Shown: positions 10,119 through 20,106 of the stretch, in pieces
Position numbering within the stretch: position 1 is the stretch's first letter
Layout: every line of letters starts with the position of its first letter
Origin: an uncultured Gammaproteobacteria bacterium
GTDB taxonomy: Bacteria; Patescibacteriota; Microgenomatia; Levybacterales; UBA12049
Direction: 5' to 3'
Length of the DNA stretch: 64,000 bases
Assembly (NCBI GenBank): GCA_964653195.1
Contig: CAZZCX010000002.1
Coordinates: 10,921-74,920 of the forward strand
The notes under the pieces: generated by a model
Told to the model about the DNA's origin: nothing
The model's input: only the letters and a program-made list of their open reading frames with translations
Databases searched by the model: none
Position numbers and translations under genes: made by a program

Positions 10119-11065
10119 CCCGATATTGATTGTATAACCTCTCTATCTGTTTTGACAACGAAATTCTGTGTTTGTTTTCTTAAATTTACAATTTTACCTA
10201 GGTTTATGGCTGCGTTGAAAAAACCTAAGATAAAATAAATATCCCTATGAACTAAAGCCAAAAATAAATGATAAGGAATCAAGGAAAAATGTGTAAAGAT
10301 TATATCTGTATCAGTCATATTAATCCAGGCAAAAATAATTTGATTTGTATAGGATACTATTTTCACCCTTGAAGGTTTATACAAATTTTTTATAACACCT
10401 TTTTCATGAAAGTGAGAAACTATACTTTTATTTTCAAAGTTTACTTTATACCCTGCTTTTAGAGCTCTATACGACAAATCTAAGTCTTCCCAGTAGAAAG
10501 GGTTATATATTTCATACATCCCCCCGAGTCTTGCCCAAATACTTTTCCTAAAAGCACTACTTCCCCCACTTACCCATAAAGTTTCTGATTTATCTATGTC
10601 TCCACGTGTATGATTTAAAAATCCTCGTATCCATTTCCCTAATCCTCTTCCTCTCATTACTACTTTTCCTCCTTCAATACTCTTGTCCATACAGCCGACA
10701 GCAAAAACTTCCTCATCGACAAAGTGACCCAATAATGGAATCAAAAAATCGATTTCAGGTTTTACATCAGTATTTAAAAGTACTACTATATCGTATTTTG
10801 ACTCTAAGACTCCTTTATTTACAGTTGATGAAAAACCAAGATTCTTTTCTTGTTTTAGTAGCTTAATACTTAAATCTTTATTTGCTTCTTGAATCGTTTC
10901 AATAACAGCAACTGAATCATCTATAGAGCCATCATCAACTAGTATTATTTCACCTTTGATTTTTTTTAATTTTATACAATGCAAAAGCGCACTTATGACA
11001 GAAGGGATATTAGCTTTTAATGTAGAAACACCATTAAAGTTAGGTATTATGATACTAATGTTCAT
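10115..11065 (-). CDS. GT2 family glycosyltransferase
   Basis: ISIIIPNFNGVSTLKANIPS...ILVDDGSIDDS...LNTDV is a GT2 fold signature. Confidence 0.7.
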   Translation of the reverse strand: MNISIIIPNFNGVSTLKANIPSVISALLHCIKLKKIKGEIILVDDGSIDDSVAVIETIQEANKDLSIKLLKQEKNLGFSSTVNKGVLESKYDIVVLLNTDVKPEIDFLIPLLGHFVDEEVFAVGCMDKSIEGGKVVMRGRGLGKWIRGFLNHTRGDIDKSETLWVSGGSSAFRKSIWARLGGMYEIYNPFYWEDLDLSYRALKAGYKVNFENKSIVSHFHEKGVIKNLYKPSRVKIVSYTNQIIFAWINMTDTDIIFTHFSLIPYHLFLALVHRDIYFILGFFNAAINLGKIVNLRKQTQNFVVKTDREVIQSISG

Positions 11066-11066
11066 A

Positions 11067-13364
11067 TTAAATTAAACTAGCGAAAAAAATTATCTTATGA
11101 CTTCCGGCTGGTACAAAAATACCCCTGAAATTATAATTTGTTCTATAAATGAAAGTATTTTCTCCATCAATTTGCGCTTTCCATGAAGGATAGTAACTAT
11201 CCATTAAGACCAAAAAACCACTGTATTTATTGGTAGTTTCGATTACTATCTTATTTTCGCGGTATTGCTTTATACTTGCAACACCAATACCTAAATTACT
11301 ATTTGTTACTAAAGCATATTCCGAGGGTAATCCTTCTACAATAGCAACAGATCTCAAATTAGGCTTTTGATTAAAGAGTAGATCTATTGCATGATTTTTA
11401 TCTTTTGCAAAATGTGTGCTGCTTACGAAAAACACCTTAGGAAAAACTTCTAAATTTTCATAAATTCTTGTTTCACCTTCTTGAAATACTTTTTTTAAAG
11501 AACTATCGTTAATGTCATTAAGCGTTAGAAAATATTTAACTCCAATTAGATCTATGATATGTGAAGTATATGTTTTTGGTGAAATAATACGATTGAAGCC
11601 AAAAGGAGGACTTATATCAGGTGCTCCTCTTTCCGAAGCAGTAATCAGCTCACCGTAACGCCTTAGATACATTGGGTCGTATCCTTCAATACTTGGAATC
11701 TTATAAATAATTGAAAAATTAGGAGGAAAAATACGATTATCAAGAGACATTATTCTAGAATAACCTATATTTTTTTGTAAAAAAGTTATTGACTCTGTGG
11801 ATGGGAAGAGAAAATTCGAATCTGTAAATGGTGTAAATTTGTTGTAGAACCGGAGAAGATCAAAGAATGTAATACCTATCAATAGAACCATAATATATTC
11901 TTTTTTTATCTTCAGAAATCGTGGCGCCATTAAGGAGAACACACAGGCAATATATAAAACAGATGGAATGAAAGTATTTCTCAATGCAACTTTCATTGAT
12001 TCCGTAGAATACACCTCAGTATTACCACCAATAAATATCAACATATAAACTAACCCAATTAAAATACCGAATATCCCAATACTATAAAAGATTCTCTTCT
12101 TGTCCATTAGATAATAATCCGCACCTAAACCCGCTAGTATGGCTAATGAAAAACAGGAAATTGAAATCAAACGCGTAGGCTGTGCTGTAGAAAAAAAAGG
12201 AATAGATAATAGGAATGGAATCTTTGCGAATAAAGTTGGAAAAGCAAAAATAAGAGAAAGAAAGAAAAGTGATCCGAAAAAAAATGTTTTTTTATCATAT
12301 CGAAAAAAAATAGCATATACAGACAATATAATCGGTAGCAAACCTATATAACCGACGAATTCGCCATAATTCCATTCTCCCCAATAATTCAATGTGGAAG
12401 GATTACCAAAAAAATCAGGCACTATAAACTGAATAAAATGTTGCCATGGTATAAACCAACCCGCTTTGTACCAATCGATATCAACACTTCTAGCTGATAA
12501 ACTAATAAATTCGAATATAGAGAACCATTGGAAAGCAGAGAAAATAAAGAAAAACGAATATAGAATAACGAATATAGAAATTAATCGTTTTTTCTTACTT
12601 TGCTGATATAATCTGGCTCCCAAGTATGCAATTTGAACAATAAAAACGTAGAAAAACGTCTGTAAGTGTCCTGCGAAAAATGACGATAAAAGAGCGAAAA
12701 GAAATGAGAGCGCCCATGCTTTATAACCTTTTAAATTCACTCGGAATTCTGAATAAGATAATTCTATGTGTGAATTATGAATATAATTAAAAATAACTTT
12801 ATCTATACTTAATAGAATTAACGGTAACCATAACCACACATGTACTATGGTATTCCACTCCAGCCATGCTACAGCAAATCCTGAAAGTGCAAATGAAAGA
12901 GCAGACAAAACGCTCGCATAGCGATGCAATTTAAGACTTGAAACATAAAAATACATGAAGATGAATGCTAAAACAATCTGCAGCAAAACCTGAAGACTCC
13001 AAGCATATGAAGTAGGAAAAATATAAAAAAGCAAATTTAGAGGATAAAATACTGCATGCTGCAAGTTCCCCATAAGCGGGGTACCCGCAAAATTATAAGG
13101 GTTCCAAATAGGCAATTCCCACTTTTTTAATGAATCTAATGCCAGTAACCTCCATGGATATTGTTGACGAACAGGATCAGTAATTAGAAAATTTTTAAAA
13201 GGAATTCCGCGTGGATAACTGGAAGCATAAAAATCTCTATAAGGGTGATATAAACCAACTATTGTATCTGACGGAATAGGCAATTTACCCGTAAATAGCG
13301 AGGAAAAAGTAATTAAAGTAAGAATAAAAATTAGCAAAACTGGAAACAACTTATCTTTCGTCAT
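11067..13364 (-). CDS. Large (765 aa) polytopic membrane protein, putative GT-C-type (YfhO-like?) glycosyltransferase
   Basis: More than 12 hydrophobic segments across the whole length plus a C-terminal soluble domain. It has a conserved N-terminal loop GLYHPYRDFYASSYPRGIPFKNFLITDPVRQQYPWR. It is flanked by and coupled to GT2 and GT4 genes. Confidence 0.45.
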   Translation of the reverse strand: MTKDKLFPVLLIFILTLITFSSLFTGKLPIPSDTIVGLYHPYRDFYASSYPRGIPFKNFLITDPVRQQYPWRLLALDSLKKWELPIWNPYNFAGTPLMGNLQHAVFYPLNLLFYIFPTSYAWSLQVLLQIVLAFIFMYFYVSSLKLHRYASVLSALSFALSGFAVAWLEWNTIVHVWLWLPLILLSIDKVIFNYIHNSHIELSYSEFRVNLKGYKAWALSFLFALLSSFFAGHLQTFFYVFIVQIAYLGARLYQQSKKKRLISIFVILYSFFFIFSAFQWFSIFEFISLSARSVDIDWYKAGWFIPWQHFIQFIVPDFFGNPSTLNYWGEWNYGEFVGYIGLLPIILSVYAIFFRYDKKTFFFGSLFFLSLIFAFPTLFAKIPFLLSIPFFSTAQPTRLISISCFSLAILAGLGADYYLMDKKRIFYSIGIFGILIGLVYMLIFIGGNTEVYSTESMKVALRNTFIPSVLYIACVFSLMAPRFLKIKKEYIMVLLIGITFFDLLRFYNKFTPFTDSNFLFPSTESITFLQKNIGYSRIMSLDNRIFPPNFSIIYKIPSIEGYDPMYLRRYGELITASERGAPDISPPFGFNRIISPKTYTSHIIDLIGVKYFLTLNDINDSSLKKVFQEGETRIYENLEVFPKVFFVSSTHFAKDKNHAIDLLFNQKPNLRSVAIVEGLPSEYALVTNSNLGIGVASIKQYRENKIVIETTNKYSGFLVLMDSYYPSWKAQIDGENTFIYRTNYNFRGIFVPAGSHKIIFFASLI

Positions 13365-14437
13365 GTTAAATTAGAGGTTATTTTCTTACAAAATTCCATC
13401 TCTGAAAATATTTTTGAATCATGTATAGATTGGCTTGATATCTTTGCTAGTAATTCACTATTGCCGATGAGTGATAGAGTTTTTTCAATTAAATCTTTCT
13501 CTGTATCCCACAAGTATCCATTTTTACCTTCAGTCACTATTTCCCTCTGTCCACCAGCATTTATCACTACAGGCACAACTCCTGCGCCCATTGCCTCAAC
13601 AGTAGATATCCCAAAATGCTCTGCGCGATCGGGATGTAGCCGAAGATCTTCACCAAACCCAGACGCATGCCAGTAAATTTTAGACTGACTGTAATTTTTC
13701 CAAAGAGTTTTATTATCAGGGTTTACTATCAATTTTATTGGATAATCTTTAAGCTTGGATTGTAAATAATCCAGTTGTTTCACATCCTTATCAAGTAGGC
13801 TCACTATCACTCTGAAAGACCAATCTTTAAGACCATCATCAATCATTTTCTTAAATACTTCTATCAAAACTTCTTGTTTTTTGTAACTGGAACCTTGGTT
13901 GTTTACTCCAAATCTTCCTACATTAAGTATAAAATTTTCTTTTTCACTTATAAATAACTTATTGGGGATACTCACTGGAGGATAAATTACCTTACTTTTT
14001 ACTGAAAAATTTCGATCTATATATTTTTTAGTATATTCAGAATTGCATATTATTTGACTTACTTTTTTTAATTTTATTTTTGTTTTTATTGCCTTACCGT
14101 CTACCCACTCTACGGGTGTTTGGAAATGAAGTACTAACTTACTTAATACTGTAGGTATACTACCATCACTCAAAAATATTATCTGATCATATTTACTGCT
14201 TTTAAGTAGTCTAGAAAAAAACGTTGTGTTTTTTGAAAAGATATTTTCCTCAAAATTAATTTTTGATAAATCAATTCCAAACTTTTTTTGTGCATTTGCC
14301 TTTATATGTGATACTTTATCATTATCCCAAAACAATGAAACTTCATGCTGATTGGCTAAACATATAGCTGCGGATAGAATATACTTCTCGCCTCCAGCTA
14401 AAGTATCTAAATAAGGATCAAATATACCTATTTTCAT
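13361..14437 (-). CDS. GT4 (GT-B fold) glycosyltransferase
   Basis: The C-terminal EX7E motif EHFGISTVEAMGAGVVPVV and Rossmann-like halves are typical of retaining GT4 enzymes. Confidence 0.8.
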   Translation of the reverse strand: MKIGIFDPYLDTLAGGEKYILSAAICLANQHEVSLFWDNDKVSHIKANAQKKFGIDLSKINFEENIFSKNTTFFSRLLKSSKYDQIIFLSDGSIPTVLSKLVLHFQTPVEWVDGKAIKTKIKLKKVSQIICNSEYTKKYIDRNFSVKSKVIYPPVSIPNKLFISEKENFILNVGRFGVNNQGSSYKKQEVLIEVFKKMIDDGLKDWSFRVIVSLLDKDVKQLDYLQSKLKDYPIKLIVNPDNKTLWKNYSQSKIYWHASGFGEDLRLHPDRAEHFGISTVEAMGAGVVPVVINAGGQREIVTEGKNGYLWDTEKDLIEKTLSLIGNSELLAKISSQSIHDSKIFSEMEFCKKITSNLT

Positions 14438-14508
14438 AATACAGCTTACTAATTTTAGCAGTTTTTAGAACTCTTGCATACGAATGTAAGGCCTGGTATG
14501 ATAATCCC

Positions 14509-14757
14509 ATGGAAGCTATATCACCGCAAATTATTGCTGCACTTATTTTCATAACTACATGGCAGCTTTTCTGGAAAGGTGTAGCATTATGGAAAGCAGC
14601 ACTTAGTCATCAAAAAAAGTGGTTTATTGCTCTGGTTATACTAATTCCGCTTAATGATTTGGCAATAATTCCAATAGTTTATTTATTCTTTTTCGCGAAA
14701 CATCCCCTAACTTTACATGAAATTACGAAATGGTTTTCGAAAAAACACCATACTTAA
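14509..14757 (+). CDS. Small hypothetical membrane protein (2 TM)
   Basis: 82-aa ORF with two hydrophobic helices. It forms a plus-strand island with the next gene. Confidence 0.3.
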   Translation: MEAISPQIIAALIFITTWQLFWKGVALWKAALSHQKKWFIALVILIPLNDLAIIPIVYLFFFAKHPLTLHEITKWFSKKHHT

Positions 14758-15209
14758 TTATTTGCATTACTAAAATGAAAATAGCTGTAATATGCAGCCT
14801 CACTTTCTCCAAAGAAGCAGGTTTGATAAAAAATAAACTAGAAGAAAAAGGTCATCATGTTAGCTTACCATACTCTGTAGAGCGTGTACTTCAAGGTGAG
14901 ATGACAGTAGAAGGCATTGAATCAATGAAGAAAGATGGAAGTTTTAATTCATATGTAATAAGTAACGATTTAATTAGATGGAATTGGGAAAGAATGAAAA
15001 AAGATGAAGCAGTTTTAGTAGTGAATCTTGAAAAAAAAGGAATTAAAGGCTATATAGGTGGGAATACGTTTCTAGAAATTGGTCTTGCTTATATAAATAA
15101 TATGAAAATTTTTCTATGGAATGATATTCCAAATATTGAATATTTCAAAGACGAACTGACATCGATGTCACCAATTATATTAAATGAGAAAGTTGACCTC
15201 ATCTCGTAA
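14730..15209 (+). CDS. Nucleoside 2-deoxyribosyltransferase-like (flavodoxin-like fold) protein. The true start is probably the internal Met at about 14775 (MKIAVICS...).
   Basis: MKIAVICSLTFS... N-terminus and a C-terminal GGNTFLEIGLAY motif resembling the D-x-GT-x-x-E-x-G-x-A active-site motif of the nucleoside deoxyribosyltransferase family. The similarity is weak and was judged by eye. Confidence 0.35.
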   Translation: MVFEKTPYLIICITKMKIAVICSLTFSKEAGLIKNKLEEKGHHVSLPYSVERVLQGEMTVEGIESMKKDGSFNSYVISNDLIRWNWERMKKDEAVLVVNLEKKGIKGYIGGNTFLEIGLAYINNMKIFLWNDIPNIEYFKDELTSMSPIILNEKVDLIS

Positions 15210-15218
15210 GAATACGAT

Positions 15219-15274
15219 ATGGTTAATGGTTAATGGTTAATGGTTAATGGTTAATGGTTAATGGTTAATGGTTT
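15219..15274. repeat. Heptanucleotide tandem repeat (ATGGTTA), about 8 copies
   Basis: Direct reading gives atggtta x7 followed by atggttt. The array lies between convergent genes and contains the stop codon (15265-15267) and the last 3 codons of the GT2 gene 15265..16020. Confidence 0.9.
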
Positions 15275-16020
15275 CTTTTCTGCTGCATCTCCCAAAGTCT
15301 GGCATAGGTCACAAACATACTAAAAGCCTGGTAAGTACTTTCGATAATTCCTACAGTACCAGCTTTATAGCCTTTTTGATTTATGTAAGAATTATAAAAA
15401 GCAGTTAGCATAACTCGTGGAATTCTCCACCATGTAACTTTCGGGTGATGTGAATCAAATCTAAGTTTGGCTTCTATCCTTGACCATTCGATTGTTTTTT
15501 TGAGCATAGAAGTTAAATCGCGATGTGTGTAATGCAATAAAAATCCCTCATCAATGTTCTTTATTTGACCATCTACCTCAGGTGTCTCATGCAGTTCTCC
15601 ACGCCAATTTTTCAAGTACTTTTTTACAAAAAGTCTCTCCAATTTTTCAATCTGTGGCCATTCGTTTTTCCCAAAATAATAATTTTTCCTTTTCAGTCTA
15701 TAGCCTGCTATTGTTTTATCCGCAACTTTTATTATATTTAATATACTTTCACGTAAAATAGTACTTACTCTTTCGTCTGCATCAACATATAATATCCATT
15801 CATTTTTAACTTTAGACAGTCCAAAGTTACGTAAAAAAGCAAAGCTTAATTCATTTACTAAATAAACTTTTGCGTTCATACTTTTTGCAATATCAGCGGT
15901 CATATCATTTGAATCATTGTCTATAACAATAATTTCGTCACAAAAAGAAACAGACTCGATACAATCTGCTATCATATTTTCTTCATTTTTTGCTAGTATT
16001 ACAGCAGATATTTTATTCAT
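15265..16020 (-). CDS. GT2 family glycosyltransferase
   Basis: ISAVILAKNEENMIADCIESVSFCDEIIVIDNDSNDMT...YVDADE is a GT2 signature. Confidence 0.75.
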   Translation of the reverse strand: MNKISAVILAKNEENMIADCIESVSFCDEIIVIDNDSNDMTADIAKSMNAKVYLVNELSFAFLRNFGLSKVKNEWILYVDADERVSTILRESILNIIKVADKTIAGYRLKRKNYYFGKNEWPQIEKLERLFVKKYLKNWRGELHETPEVDGQIKNIDEGFLLHYTHRDLTSMLKKTIEWSRIEAKLRFDSHHPKVTWWRIPRVMLTAFYNSYINQKGYKAGTVGIIESTYQAFSMFVTYARLWEMQQKRNH

Positions 16021-16042
16021 AAAGATATATACAAATTAAATA

Positions 16043-16987
16043 CTAATTTCTAAAAGATCCTTTACCAAATCGTTTTAGATAAAAATCTCTGACACCTATT
16101 TTTTGCCAATTCCTGCCTTTAATTATAAAACTCAAACTCTCCCTAAATAGAGCAATCTTTGTTCTGATTGGTGCATATTTAAAACCAAATAACAACCTAT
16201 TTCTCGAAATATAGTAATCTTGAAGGAGAGATCCAGATCCTCCGCTTGAACCAGCATTCTTATGCCAAAGGATCGCTTTAGGAGCGTAAATTACTTTAAA
16301 ACCATTTTCTTTAATGCGCATTGTAAAATCAGAATCTTCATAATACAGAAAATATCGTTCATCAAAATAACCTGATTTTAGAAATACCTTCGAATTAATC
16401 AACATACAACAACCTGTTGCAAGTTCTGATTCTTCAGTTGAGTCAAATTGACCTTTATCTATTTCATCTACCCCTCGATTTTTCCCCACTATATTGGCCC
16501 AATCCATAAATCCCCCTGCAAACCACAAAATATTACCAAGATCTTTTTCGCTATATTTCTCTCTATGAAATTCAAATCCTCTTTCAAAATATATCTTGGG
16601 TACTATAATTCCTGCATTTTTGTTTAACTCAGCCTCTTCAAGTAAATTCTTTAGTAGTTTATTATCTAATATAGTATCGTTATTAAGTATCAATATATAA
16701 TCAGCACCTTTTGTTAAAGCATATTTTATAGCTATGTTATGACCTGCAGCAAATCCAAGATTGTCGTTATTTCGAATTATTTGCAATTTAAAATTAAAAA
16801 TCGAATCGTAAGGTATAGTAAAAGGCTTGTCTGATGCATTATCAATAACAATTACATCTAAATCAGCGTTTATCTTCTGAAGCTTGTCGAGGGATTGGAG
16901 GCAGGAAATAGTATCTGTATCGTTATTGAAAGTTATAATTGATACAAAAATCTTTAACATATTAGGTATTTTTGATCTTTTTATCAA
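16043..16987 (-). CDS. GT2 family glycosyltransferase (rhamnosyl/galactosyl-transferase-like)
   Basis: FVSIITFNNDTDTISCLQSL...VIVIDNASDKP...ILNNDT is a GT2 signature. Confidence 0.7.
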   Translation of the reverse strand: MIKRSKIPNMLKIFVSIITFNNDTDTISCLQSLDKLQKINADLDVIVIDNASDKPFTIPYDSIFNFKLQIIRNNDNLGFAAGHNIAIKYALTKGADYILILNNDTILDNKLLKNLLEEAELNKNAGIIVPKIYFERGFEFHREKYSEKDLGNILWFAGGFMDWANIVGKNRGVDEIDKGQFDSTEESELATGCCMLINSKVFLKSGYFDERYFLYYEDSDFTMRIKENGFKVIYAPKAILWHKNAGSSGGSGSLLQDYYISRNRLLFGFKYAPIRTKIALFRESLSFIIKGRNWQKIGVRDFYLKRFGKGSFRN

Positions 16988-17909
16988 CTTTCCTTCTTAA
17001 CATTCGGTAATAAATAATTTTTCCAATGTTTTTTGTATTTTCTATATGAGCAGATAATGCCCAGAAACGGAATTCAGCAGCTGACTTACTTGATTCTTTC
17101 AAAAATTCATTTATAAAATTTTCATTATTATAGTCAGTGAAACCCTTCTTCTCCCAAACCTTAATGAATACTATTTCAGCATAAAATGCTTGTAAAATGC
17201 TTAAAACCAAGCCATGTAAACCGTCTTTATAGCCACTTTGGAAAAAAAATGTTTTAAGGAAATCTTGTACAGGCATTCTTATAGCTTCATACCATGCTAA
17301 ATCTCTGTTAGATTTTAGAATCTTATTAGCTTCATTTTCAGTATAAATGCTGTCTACCTTATGTATATACTGCGTAATAGAATCGTAATTAAAATGAATC
17401 AGGGGATTTTTCAGCTTATCTGTTGACCCTTTGATTTCTATCATCTCATGCACGTCAATCTCGGGAAACTTGCCTTGGTTTTTCATAAAAAGTCTTAACT
17501 GATAATCCGGCCACCAAATTGAATGTTGAATCCATTTCCCAAAAATTATATTTTTACGAGGAATCCAATAACCATTAGGCAACTCCAAACTATCGTCAGT
17601 AAATCTATTTATAATTTCATCCTTCAATTCTGGACTTACGCGCTCATCAGCATCAAGACTGAATATCCAATCGTATTTCGCTTTTGTAAAACCATAGTTT
17701 TTGCTAATATTTAACATAATATTATTCGGTCTTTTGTAAACTATAGCACCTTTGTTTTGAGCGATTTTTGCAGTTTTGTCTGTTGAAGAATTATCAATCA
17801 CAATCACTTCGTCGGCCCAATTAACAGAACTAAGGCAATCCGCGATTTTTGCTTCTTCATTGTAAGCAGATATTACAACTGAAATAGGTATAGATCTTAA
17901 AGTCTTCAT
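16962..17909 (-). CDS. GT2 family glycosyltransferase
   Basis: ISVVISAYNEEAKIADCLSSV...VIVIDNSSTDKT...LDADE. It overlaps the downstream gene by 26 nt. Confidence 0.75.
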   Translation of the reverse strand: MKTLRSIPISVVISAYNEEAKIADCLSSVNWADEVIVIDNSSTDKTAKIAQNKGAIVYKRPNNIMLNISKNYGFTKAKYDWIFSLDADERVSPELKDEIINRFTDDSLELPNGYWIPRKNIIFGKWIQHSIWWPDYQLRLFMKNQGKFPEIDVHEMIEIKGSTDKLKNPLIHFNYDSITQYIHKVDSIYTENEANKILKSNRDLAWYEAIRMPVQDFLKTFFFQSGYKDGLHGLVLSILQAFYAEIVFIKVWEKKGFTDYNNENFINEFLKESSKSAAEFRFWALSAHIENTKNIGKIIYYRMLRRKVDKKIKNT

Positions 17910-17912
17910 AAT

Positions 17913-19367
17913 TTAATTTTTGCTTCTTTTAAATACCTTCATCCCTTGATAAAGTTCATCTTTTGCTAATAGATAAATACACGTAAAGTAAACTAAGCCT
18001 CCTACGAGTATAACAAACAAAAGGACTATAAGGCTGAGTGGTAATATTCTAAGAAAAGAATATACAAATAAACTCATTATTAATGATGAGACAAGTGGCT
18101 TATATATACTATTAATAAAATTAAAATTAATAATTTTTTTCACAAGATAAACTGTATAGCCAATTGATAAGGTGACAAGAAATGAGGCTAAAGCTACACC
18201 ATTATAGCCAAAATAAACAATAAAGAGTGGGGTAAGTACCCACGTTAAGATTGTCCAAATAACCATGAGATTTAAAGTGACTTTTACCTTACTTTTTGCA
18301 TCTAGAACATTTACTAAAATATTTGAAAGTGAAGAAACGCCAGCATTAAGACTAAAGAAAACGAAGCTTATTACAGCAGGTTCCCACTTATTATTCCATT
18401 TTGGCACTAATGTTATAAGATGCGGAAAAATAAGGATTACTCCAGCTACTGCTGGAAACATAATAAGACTAATATAAAAAAGTGATTTCTCGACTGCTTT
18501 ACCCAAGTAACTCCCGCTTTCCTGCATCCTGGCATAAGTTGAAAAAGTGACTTTCGTAACGCTATCTACTACAAATCGGTAAATCATAAATGACCATTGC
18601 TGCGCAAAGCCTATATAACCTATCTGAGTAAAAGTGAGAAAACGAGTTAAGAATAATGTTAAGAAGTCGTCTTTTATAGTAGCTAAAATGTTTTTTGCCT
18701 GATACTGGGTACCATATTTAAGATGAGATAATGCTTTTCTGGAAATTCCGAAAGAAATTTTCCATGGTCTAATATAATAATATATAGGGATACTTATAAA
18801 AGATGAAATTAAGAAGGCAAAGGTGTAACTATTTAACTCAAAATTTCTAAGCAGTAAAAAAACGAGAATTATATTAAAAGATAATTGTTCTATGATTTGT
18901 GGTATAACCAATCTTTCAAACTTAATATGACGCTCAAGAAGTATGGAAGGTATTATCTTAAAGGATGATAAAAAAATACAAAATACTAAAGTTAATAGTA
19001 GATTCTCAGCCGTCGAGTCTAAATTAAATATATCACTAATTTTCCCCCGGAACAAAAAAACAGTGATAAATACAGTCAACGTTATAAAAAATTGTAGGGT
19101 AAATGTAGTCGTAATATCATCATCTTCAAGCTCACTTTTTTTTTGAACTAAAGCTGCGCCTAACCCGAAGTCTGTAAAAAAACTTATAACTCTTTGCACA
19201 GCAGTAACTACTGTGTATATGCCAAATCCACTTATCGCCAAATACGATGAGACTATGAACTTTGCGCTTAAATTAATAAGTATAAGCAAGAATTGACGTG
19301 AAATTAAAGCAACTATTCCATTTATAGTACGTTTTGTAATGAGATGTAAATCTAATTCATCATCCAT
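17913..19367 (-). CDS. Wzx-like oligosaccharide/polysaccharide flippase (MOP superfamily)
   Basis: 484 aa with about 12-14 hydrophobic helices and no soluble domains. It sits inside a GT2/GT-C operon, the usual place for O-unit flippases. Assignment rests on architecture and context. Confidence 0.55.
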   Translation of the reverse strand: MDDELDLHLITKRTINGIVALISRQFLLILINLSAKFIVSSYLAISGFGIYTVVTAVQRVISFFTDFGLGAALVQKKSELEDDDITTTFTLQFFITLTVFITVFLFRGKISDIFNLDSTAENLLLTLVFCIFLSSFKIIPSILLERHIKFERLVIPQIIEQLSFNIILVFLLLRNFELNSYTFAFLISSFISIPIYYYIRPWKISFGISRKALSHLKYGTQYQAKNILATIKDDFLTLFLTRFLTFTQIGYIGFAQQWSFMIYRFVVDSVTKVTFSTYARMQESGSYLGKAVEKSLFYISLIMFPAVAGVILIFPHLITLVPKWNNKWEPAVISFVFFSLNAGVSSLSNILVNVLDAKSKVKVTLNLMVIWTILTWVLTPLFIVYFGYNGVALASFLVTLSIGYTVYLVKKIINFNFINSIYKPLVSSLIMSLFVYSFLRILPLSLIVLLFVILVGGLVYFTCIYLLAKDELYQGMKVFKRSKN

Positions 19368-19371
19368 AAAA

Positions 19372-20106
19372 TTATTTTCTGATTACTAACCAAGGTTTAG
19401 TTCTAAGCAATCTAGTCATGACTTTTATATCGCCCCATATAGTAGATATGAGTCTGACGGTTGATCCGGGGTTATCAACCCAATGTACCGGTTCTTCAAA
19501 TATCCTATAACCGCTTTTCTCGGCAAGAATTAGCAATTCCCCATCAAAAAACCAATCATTGTCTTTTACATGCGGTATAAGATTATCAACGACTTTTCTA
19601 TTTACTGCTTTAAATCCACATTGGGCATCTGTAAAACTTGTTCTGAAAAATAGTTGAATGAAGAAAAAATTAAGAGTTCTAGAAGTTAATTCTCTAACCC
19701 ATGTCCTCCCCTCCACCTTAGCCCCCTTGGCTAACCTAGAACCCACCGCTACATCATATCCATTCCTTAATGCAGTTAAAATAATTGGCAAATGGATAAG
19801 ATCGGTAGATAAATCTAAATCCATATATACACAATAGTCTGTTTTTGCATCACTCCATACTCTTTTAACGGCTCTACCTCTACCCTTTTGCTCTAAGCGA
19901 AATAACGAAATGTTTGTGTGCTTTTTAGCTAAAGTTGACGCTATTACCGGCGTATTGTCCATTGATGCGTTATCAGCTATTGTAATATGCCATGAATACC
20001 CGTTCATTTTCTTATTACAGAAATTGAAAAGGGTCATTATATTTGCCTCCAACTCCTTCTCTTCGTTATAAACTGGTATGACAATTTCTACACTAGGATT
20101 TTTCAC
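19372..20106 (-). CDS. GT2 family glycosyltransferase, Dpm1/GtrB-like
   Basis: VEIVIPVYNEEKELEANI...ITIADNASMDNT...YMDLDLSTD. Confidence 0.75.
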   Translation of the reverse strand: MKNPSVEIVIPVYNEEKELEANIMTLFNFCNKKMNGYSWHITIADNASMDNTPVIASTLAKKHTNISLFRLEQKGRGRAVKRVWSDAKTDYCVYMDLDLSTDLIHLPIILTALRNGYDVAVGSRLAKGAKVEGRTWVRELTSRTLNFFFIQLFFRTSFTDAQCGFKAVNRKVVDNLIPHVKDNDWFFDGELLILAEKSGYRIFEEPVHWVDNPGSTVRLISTIWGDIKVMTRLLRTKPWLVIRK

